Assembly: GCA_027593235.1 (NCBI GenBank)
Contig: JAQCIU010000060.1
Coordinates: 1-12,303 of the forward strand
DNA from: Chloroflexota bacterium
GTDB taxonomy: Bacteria > Chloroflexota > Dehalococcoidia > UBA2979
Length of the DNA: 12,303 nt
Direction of reading: 5' to 3'
The stretch's first letter is position 1; the number at the start of each line of letters is the position of its first letter. The position numbers were made by a program, and so were the translations under genes. Shown one piece after another: positions 7,993 through 12,303 of this stretch. The notes beneath the pieces were generated by a model. That model saw only the letters and a list, made by a program, of their open reading frames with translations. It did no database searches and had not been told where the DNA came from.

Positions 7993-8544
7993 ATGTCGGC
8001 GATGACTGCCGTCGAATCCGATGTGATCCGTACGAGCGAGCTTGTTCGGCTCCGCGTGAAGCACGTGGATGACGCCGAGCGGGACTTCGAGTGGCGCCGC
8101 GACCCGGAGCTGGCCGCCTACGACGCTGCACGTCCGCTGCGCGTCTCGTTCAACACCTTCCGCTCGACGATGACCGAGGAACTGCGCTACCCGACGTCGC
8201 ACCGCCGCACGTTCGCCATCGAGGACATCGACACCGACACCCACATCGGCAACGTCATGTACTACGGCTACGATCCGCGCGAGAACGAGGCGGAGCTGGG
8301 CATCACCATCGGCAACCGCGACTTCTGGTCGCGCGGCTACGGTGCGGACGCTGTCCGCACGCTGGTTGACTACCTCTTCGAAGAATTGGACTTACGCCGC
8401 GTCTACCTGCACACGCTGTCTTGGAACTACCGCGCTCAGCGCTGCTTCGAGCACGCGGGCTTCCAGCGCGTTCGCGAGGTCAACCGCGGGGGCCACGAGT
8501 TCATTCTGATGGAGATCAGCTCGGACACCACTCCCACGAGCTAG
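7993..8544 (+). CDS. GNAT N-acetyltransferase, RimJ/RimL family
   Basis: AELGITIG, acetyl-CoA loop FWSRGYGADAV, LRRVYLHT and NYRAQRCFEHAGF are typical of the RimJ/RimL (Acetyltransf_3) pattern. Confidence 0.88.
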   Translation: MSAMTAVESDVIRTSELVRLRVKHVDDAERDFEWRRDPELAAYDAARPLRVSFNTFRSTMTEELRYPTSHRRTFAIEDIDTDTHIGNVMYYGYDPRENEAELGITIGNRDFWSRGYGADAVRTLVDYLFEELDLRRVYLHTLSWNYRAQRCFEHAGFQRVREVNRGGHEFILMEISSDTTPTS

Positions 8545-8639
8545 ACCCGCTGCAGGTCCTTCCCGATCAACTTGCCGGTTCCGTGCGCTGCCCTGCGTCG
8601 TCGTACCAGCACGTTCGGTGAGCCGCATCCGTGGAGATC

Positions 8640-8672
8640 AAAACGGGCGGTCACCGTATGGTGACCGCCCGT
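8640..8672 (-). terminator. intrinsic terminator of the SDR operon (may also act on the convergent plus-strand operon)
   Basis: Perfect 13-bp stem ACGGGCGGTCACC(8643-8655)/GGTGACCGCCCGT(8660-8672) with a 4-nt loop. The A-run at 8640-8643 gives a short U-tract on the minus strand. Located 23 nt past the SDR stop, between convergent genes. Confidence 0.75.
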
Positions 8673-8695
8673 CGTTCGGTGCGCTTGGGCCGCTG

Positions 8696-9649
8696 TTAGG
8701 CGGTGGCGCGGCCGGGGATGTCCAGGTCGTCCGGTGGCGGCGCCGGGTTCCGCAGACCGGCCAGCAGGACGCTGGGAACCAGGTCGCGAAGCTCGTCGAT
8801 CGTCCAGCGGTCCGGCTTGTGGATCTCGCGGTAGGACTCCACCTCGTGCGAGACGGACACCTGTCCGCCTGACACGTTGAAGACCTTGCCGTTGACGTCC
8901 CATGCCTGATCGGTCATCAGGTACACGGTCATCGGTGCAACGTACTTCGGCTCGCGAAGCTCGCTCACCGCGCTCGTGCGACGGACAGCGCCCTCGATGC
9001 CTGCCTGGGCACGCAGCTCGCGCGAGGCGTCCGGAACGGTCGCCGTCATGCGGGTCGCGGCACCGGGAGCGATCGCGTTCGCGGTCACGCCGTAACGGCC
9101 GAGGTCACGCGCCAGACAGCGCGTCGCGCCGGCGATGCCGGCCTTCGCTGCCGCGTAGTTGCCCTGCCCGGTGTTGCCTCGGAGGCCCGAACCGGACGAG
9201 AACCCGACGATCCGGCCGTGGCGCTGCTGGCGCATCAGGACGGACGCCGGCTTTGCGACGTTGAAGTAGCCGGTGAGGTGAACGGCGATGACGTCGTCCC
9301 ACTCCTCCTCGGTCATGTTGAAAATCATCCGGTCGCGGAGGATGCCCGCCACGTGGATGACGCCGTCGATCCGCCCGTAAGCGTCCACGGCCTGCTTAAT
9401 CATGTTCTCGCCACCCGCTTCGGTGGCGACAGTGTCGAAGTTCGCAGCGGCGTTGCCGCCCGCGTCCGTGATCTCCTTGGCGATCGTCGCGGCCGGACCG
9501 TCGTCGTGACCGGTCCCGTCTACGTTCACGCCCGGGTCGTTCACGATCACGTTCGCGCCGAGGCTTCCGGCGAGCTTCGCGACTTCGCTGCCGATGCCGC
9601 GACCGGCGCCGGTGACGAGGATCGTTCGACCCTCAAGTGGGGTTGCCAT
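8696..9649 (-). CDS. SDR family oxidoreductase, (3R)-hydroxyacyl-CoA dehydrogenase/MFE-2-like; downstream paralog
   Basis: TGAGRGIG, VIVNDPG (acidic residue suggests NAD), AGILRDR, AVHL, catalytic Ser (FSSGSG) and YAAAK. GAGGGAGA RBS. Confidence 0.9.
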   Translation of the reverse strand: MATPLEGRTILVTGAGRGIGSEVAKLAGSLGANVIVNDPGVNVDGTGHDDGPAATIAKEITDAGGNAAANFDTVATEAGGENMIKQAVDAYGRIDGVIHVAGILRDRMIFNMTEEEWDDVIAVHLTGYFNVAKPASVLMRQQRHGRIVGFSSGSGLRGNTGQGNYAAAKAGIAGATRCLARDLGRYGVTANAIAPGAATRMTATVPDASRELRAQAGIEGAVRRTSAVSELREPKYVAPMTVYLMTDQAWDVNGKVFNVSGGQVSVSHEVESYREIHKPDRWTIDELRDLVPSVLLAGLRNPAPPPDDLDIPGRATA

Positions 9650-9676
9650 AGGTGTGTCTCTCCCTCTCGGCTCGCG

Positions 9677-10651
9677 TTACGCCAGTGGCTTCGCGGCGAC
9701 GTCGCGCCCCGCGATTTCCATGTCGTCACGCGGCGGTGCGGGGTTGTTCTTGTTCTTCAGCATCACGTTGTGAACTGCGTCATCCAGCTCGGCCATCGTC
9801 CAGAGCCCGGGCTTGAACACGCCGTCCTGCGGCACCGGGTGGTTCGTGAGACCGACGCGACCGCCGTTCACGTAGAAGACCTGCCCGTTGATGTTCCACG
9901 CGTCGTCGGAGGCGAGGTAACCCGCCATCGGCGCCACGTCGTCCGGGTCGCGGCGAGCGAACTTGCTCTCCTGCACCGGTGCGGCGCTGGCGGCGCCTGA
10001 GACGCCCGCCTGTGCGCGCAGGTCACGCGCGGCATCCGGCACGGTGGCCGTCATGCGCGTGGCGGCGCCCGGCGAAATCGCGTTCACCGTGATGCCGTAG
10101 CGACCGAGGTCGCGCGCGATGCCTCGGGTCAGACCGGCGATTCCGGCCTTTGCCGCGCCGTAGTTCACCTGACCGGTGTTGCCGATCAGTCCCGAACTGG
10201 AGCTGAAGTTGATGATCCGGCCGAAGCGCTGCTGACGCATCAGCACGGACGCCGGCTTGATCGTGTTGAAGTGACCCTTGAGGTGGACCGCAATCACGTC
10301 GTCCCATTCCTGGTGCGACATGTTGAAGACCATGCGGTCTCGCAGAATCCCCGCGACATTCACGAGGATGTCGATGCGACCGTAGGTGTCCACGGCCTGC
10401 TTGACCATGTTCTCGCCGCCCGAGAACTCGGCGACCGAGTCAAAGTTCGGGGAGGCTTCGCCACCGGCTGCTTTGATCTCGTTCGCTACCTGGGCCGCGG
10501 GCCCTTCATCGTGACCGGAGCCATCCACGGCGACGCCGGGGTCATTGACGATGACCTTGGCTCCCTCCGCCGCGTACAGCATTGCGATTCCTCGGCCGAT
10601 TCCTCGACCGGATCCGGTGACGACGGCTACCTTGCCGTCCAGCACGCCCAT
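9677..10651 (-). CDS. SDR family oxidoreductase, (3R)-hydroxyacyl-CoA dehydrogenase/MFE-2-like; upstream paralog
   Basis: TGSGRGIG, VIVNDPG, NVAGILRDR, AVHLKG, FSSSSG and GQVNYGAAK. AGGAAGGA RBS. Confidence 0.9.
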   Translation of the reverse strand: MGVLDGKVAVVTGSGRGIGRGIAMLYAAEGAKVIVNDPGVAVDGSGHDEGPAAQVANEIKAAGGEASPNFDSVAEFSGGENMVKQAVDTYGRIDILVNVAGILRDRMVFNMSHQEWDDVIAVHLKGHFNTIKPASVLMRQQRFGRIINFSSSSGLIGNTGQVNYGAAKAGIAGLTRGIARDLGRYGITVNAISPGAATRMTATVPDAARDLRAQAGVSGAASAAPVQESKFARRDPDDVAPMAGYLASDDAWNINGQVFYVNGGRVGLTNHPVPQDGVFKPGLWTMAELDDAVHNVMLKNKNNPAPPRDDMEIAGRDVAAKPLA

Positions 10652-10661
10652 CTGGTTGTCC

Positions 10662-10676
10662 TTCCTGAGTCAGGAA
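10662..10676. promoter_or_regulatory. perfect 15-bp palindrome overlapping the SDR RBS (candidate operator)
   Basis: TTCCTGA-G-TCAGGAA. A 1-nt centre cannot form an RNA loop without fraying the stem, so a DNA-binding site is more likely. Confidence 0.4.
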
Positions 10677-10764
10677 ACGCGCGCATGCGCCTCGCTGACC
10701 GCTGGGTGGTCGTCGATCTCAAGCGGTGCGGCGGTCAAGGACCGGGCGCCGTGCACAACCGACG

Positions 10765-10817
10765 AAAAAACTAGCTGTCCCCGCGCGTGAGGTCTTCGTG
10801 ACGAGCGGGACAGATAA
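10765..10817 (-). terminator. intrinsic terminator inside the SDR upstream region
   Basis: Minus strand CUGUCCCGCUCGU (10813-10801) pairs with ACGCGCGGGGACAG (10788-10775), with one mismatch and one bulge, extendable by UUA/UAG. Followed by UUUUUU (10770-10765). Confidence 0.65.
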
Positions 10818-10902
10818 AGCCTGGTTCCGCTTCCCGGCTACCTCCTCGACACGAGTGAAATGCCGTTGCGGACTGTGGGTGATGCCGCGCCGCCGCACGA
10901 TC
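10765..10902 (-). ncRNA. candidate structured leader (attenuator/riboswitch-like) or sRNA, ~135 nt
   Basis: Bounded by a near-consensus promoter and a U6 terminator. Contains several hairpins and no convincing ORF. No known family recognised. Confidence 0.4.
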
Positions 10903-10908
10903 GAGCTG

Positions 10909-10938
10909 ACGATAGCGGCGCGTCCGATTCACTGTCAA
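10909..10938 (-). promoter_or_regulatory. sigma70-type promoter
   Basis: Minus strand TTGACA (10938-10933), 18-nt spacer, TATCGT (10914-10909). Predicted TSS near 10902. Confidence 0.65.
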
Positions 10939-11023
10939 TAACGGGGCGCCACGCCTGCCTCACCAACGGGACATCAGGAGCAACCTGCGGCGATGGCGAG
11001 GCGACCCGGACGAGGTGCTTGGT

Positions 11024-11788
11024 TCAATCGCCGCTCGTGGCGCCCTCGAGCAGCCCGCGCCGCGCGTCGGCGAGTGTCGCCCAGCGTGCCTCCACGTCCG
11101 CGGGAACGTCGTAGTACTGCGGGTCCGCGGTGAGCTTGCCCTTCGTCAGATCGAGTGGCCAGAACCGTCCGGAGCGCAGCGCGGCGATCAACTGCGCTTC
11201 GTCGCGGACGTCGGCTTCGAAGTACGTGGCCGATCGGCCCATCTGCTGGTCCTTGTCGTCGTGTTGGTGGGTGTCGCTGGCTCCGGTACCGGGGAAGTGC
11301 ATCTGGTCGCGTAGGCGCAGCGAGAAGTCGTTCTCAGCCAGGGCGCCGCGCCCGTTGAGCACCTCGATCGCCAGGACGAAGCGGTAAGCCGGGTTGCGGC
11401 GCGCGCGCTGCAGCGCATCCGCGTACTCCTCGGGCTCGTCGGGCTTCCACGGCATCTGCCGGCGGTACGGGTGCGCCGCGATCATCACCCCGCCCGCGGC
11501 CTCGACAAACCCCGCCAACTCGTGGCTGCGGTGCATGCCGAACTTGTACTCGTGTAGGCCGAACACGAGGATGTGGCCATCCTCGGTGTTGATCTCCATC
11601 GCGCGGATCACGGTGAACTCGTGGCGCTTCGCGAGGTCGGCGACCTCGTCCGCCTCCCACGCCCAGTCGTGCTCCGCGAGGACCATCGCGTCCAGCCCAG
11701 CCTCTTTCGCCAGATCCACCATCTCGTCGGGCGTGATGAACGAATCCCACGATCGGGGCTTGGTGTGCGTGTGGAGGTCGATCAGCAT
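11024..11788 (-). CDS. PHP-domain metal-dependent phosphoesterase
   Basis: PHP metal-ligand motifs DLHTHT, AEHD, EINTEDGHIL, AAHPYR, IEVLNG and GASDTH. Confidence 0.88.
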   Translation of the reverse strand: MLIDLHTHTKPRSWDSFITPDEMVDLAKEAGLDAMVLAEHDWAWEADEVADLAKRHEFTVIRAMEINTEDGHILVFGLHEYKFGMHRSHELAGFVEAAGGVMIAAHPYRRQMPWKPDEPEEYADALQRARRNPAYRFVLAIEVLNGRGALAENDFSLRLRDQMHFPGTGASDTHQHDDKDQQMGRSATYFEADVRDEAQLIAALRSGRFWPLDLTKGKLTADPQYYDVPADVEARWATLADARRGLLEGATSGD

Positions 11789-11820
11789 GCGCGCGTGGTA
11801 TCCGTTCTCAACTCATCCGG

Positions 11821-11854
11821 AAACGCGAAACGGGGGCGGTCGTCGCCGCCCCCG
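11821..11854 (-). terminator. probable intrinsic terminator downstream of the thiolase-like gene
   Basis: 9-bp stem CGGGGGCGG(11831-11839)/CCGCCCCCG(11846-11854), followed on the minus strand by UUUCGCGUUU. Confidence 0.55.
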
Positions 11855-11860
11855 CCTCGC

Positions 11861-11888
11861 GATCGATCGAGTGGAACCTCGATCGATC
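11861..11888. repeat. 11-bp inverted repeat built from GATC units
   Basis: GATCGATCGAG(11861-11871)-TGGAAC-CTCGATCGATC(11878-11888). Confidence 0.6.
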
Positions 11889-11897
11889 TCAGCTCCG

Positions 11898-12303
11898 TTA
11901 GACGTCCGAGGTCAGCACCAGCGTGCCCGTCACGGACAGGCTACCGCCCGTGCCGTTGACGATCGCCGAGCGTGCGCTCGTCTGCTTGCCGGGCAGGCCG
12001 TGGATGCCATCCTCGGCGGTACCGGACAACTGCCGGTACGCCTCGATGAGCAGCATCATCCCGTACATGCCGGAGTGGCTGAACGAGAGGCCGCCGCCGT
12101 TGGTGTTCACCGGGAACTTGCCGCCGGGGCTGGCGTTGCCATTGGCCCACAGCGACGGTCCCTCACCTCGAGGGGTGAGGCCGAGCATTTCGGCCGTGAT
12201 CCCCGCGGTGACGGTGAACGAGTCGTAGATCATCGCCATTTCCATGTCGTTCGGACCCATACCGGCCATCCGGTAGGCAGCTTCGCTCGACGCCTTCGCC
12301 GAG
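11898..12303 (-). CDS. thiolase-fold protein, SCP-x/Ltp2-type (C-terminal part; 5' end outside window)
   Basis: Frame is open to the window edge (SAKASSEAAYRMAGMGPND...). Motifs IYDSFT, PVNTNGGGLSFSH, LLIEAYRQL and NGTGG are typical of the C-terminal domain of non-canonical thiolases. Confidence 0.85.
   Translation of the reverse strand, partial: SAKASSEAAYRMAGMGPNDMEMAMIYDSFTVTAGITAEMLGLTPRGEGPSLWANGNASPGGKFPVNTNGGGLSFSHSGMYGMMLLIEAYRQLSGTAEDGIHGLPGKQTSARSAIVNGTGGSLSVTGTLVLTSDV

Noticed and set aside
237-8244. Long antisense ORFs (237-998, 1179-2036, 1883-2983, 2656-4647, 4662-5453, 7453-8244)
   Set aside because: Shadow ORFs opposite well-supported genes, expected from high-GC codon bias. 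No recognisable motifs.
10818-10836. T-box-like CGGAACC, or SRP-like GGAAG, in the leader
   Set aside because: It is not UGGNACC with the flanking helices, there is no Stem I, the downstream genes are not amino-acid related, and the SRP CAGG/AGCA loop is absent.
10888-10990. Resemblance to the ydaO c-di-AMP riboswitch (GUGAAUC ... CGUCAGCU ... UCGU on the minus strand), tempting given cdaA nearby
   Set aside because: It lacks the 5' CGCUGAA, the GGGGGA(A)CC segment and the GUAGGG/CCCG stem. The matching words coincide with the predicted promoter spacer and -10 and would lie largely upstream of the TSS. An Rfam cmscan would settle it.
10720-11114. Small ORFs in the SDR-PHP spacer (10726-10941 +, 10860-11114 +, and a ~60-codon GTG ORF on the minus strand)
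   Set aside because: No RBS, atypical codon use and composition. The region is better explained by promoter and terminator signals.
1-12303. CRISPR array, IS element, prophage, defence system, tRNA or rRNA
   Set aside because: No regularly spaced repeats, transposase/integrase motifs, cloverleaf structures or compositional break were seen.

Overview
GC-rich bacterial chromosomal segment with two convergent gene blocks. Plus strand (288-8544): a housekeeping run argF - cdaA (diadenylate cyclase) - cdaR (YbbR) - der - plsY - gpsA - HEAT-repeat protein - Nudix hydrolase - RimJ/RimL-type GNAT. cdaA/cdaR/der/plsY are chained by 4-nt start/stop overlaps. Minus strand (12303-8696): a probable acyl-CoA/lipid catabolic block with a 5'-truncated non-canonical (SCP-x/Ltp2-type) thiolase-fold gene, a PHP-family metallophosphoesterase and two tandem paralogous SDR dehydrogenases that lie in frame with a single TAA between them. 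The GpsA GTTAWG nucleotide-binding loop and the gene content suggest Chloroflexota (Dehalococcoidia-like), which is inference only. No mobile element, CRISPR, rRNA or tRNA was seen. The most interesting unexplained element is the 372-nt spacer upstream of the SDR pair. It holds a near-consensus sigma70 promoter, a ~135-nt structured leader with mutually exclusive terminator/antiterminator pairings, and a perfect palindrome over the SDR ribosome-binding site. This is a candidate unannotated attenuator, riboswitch or sRNA.
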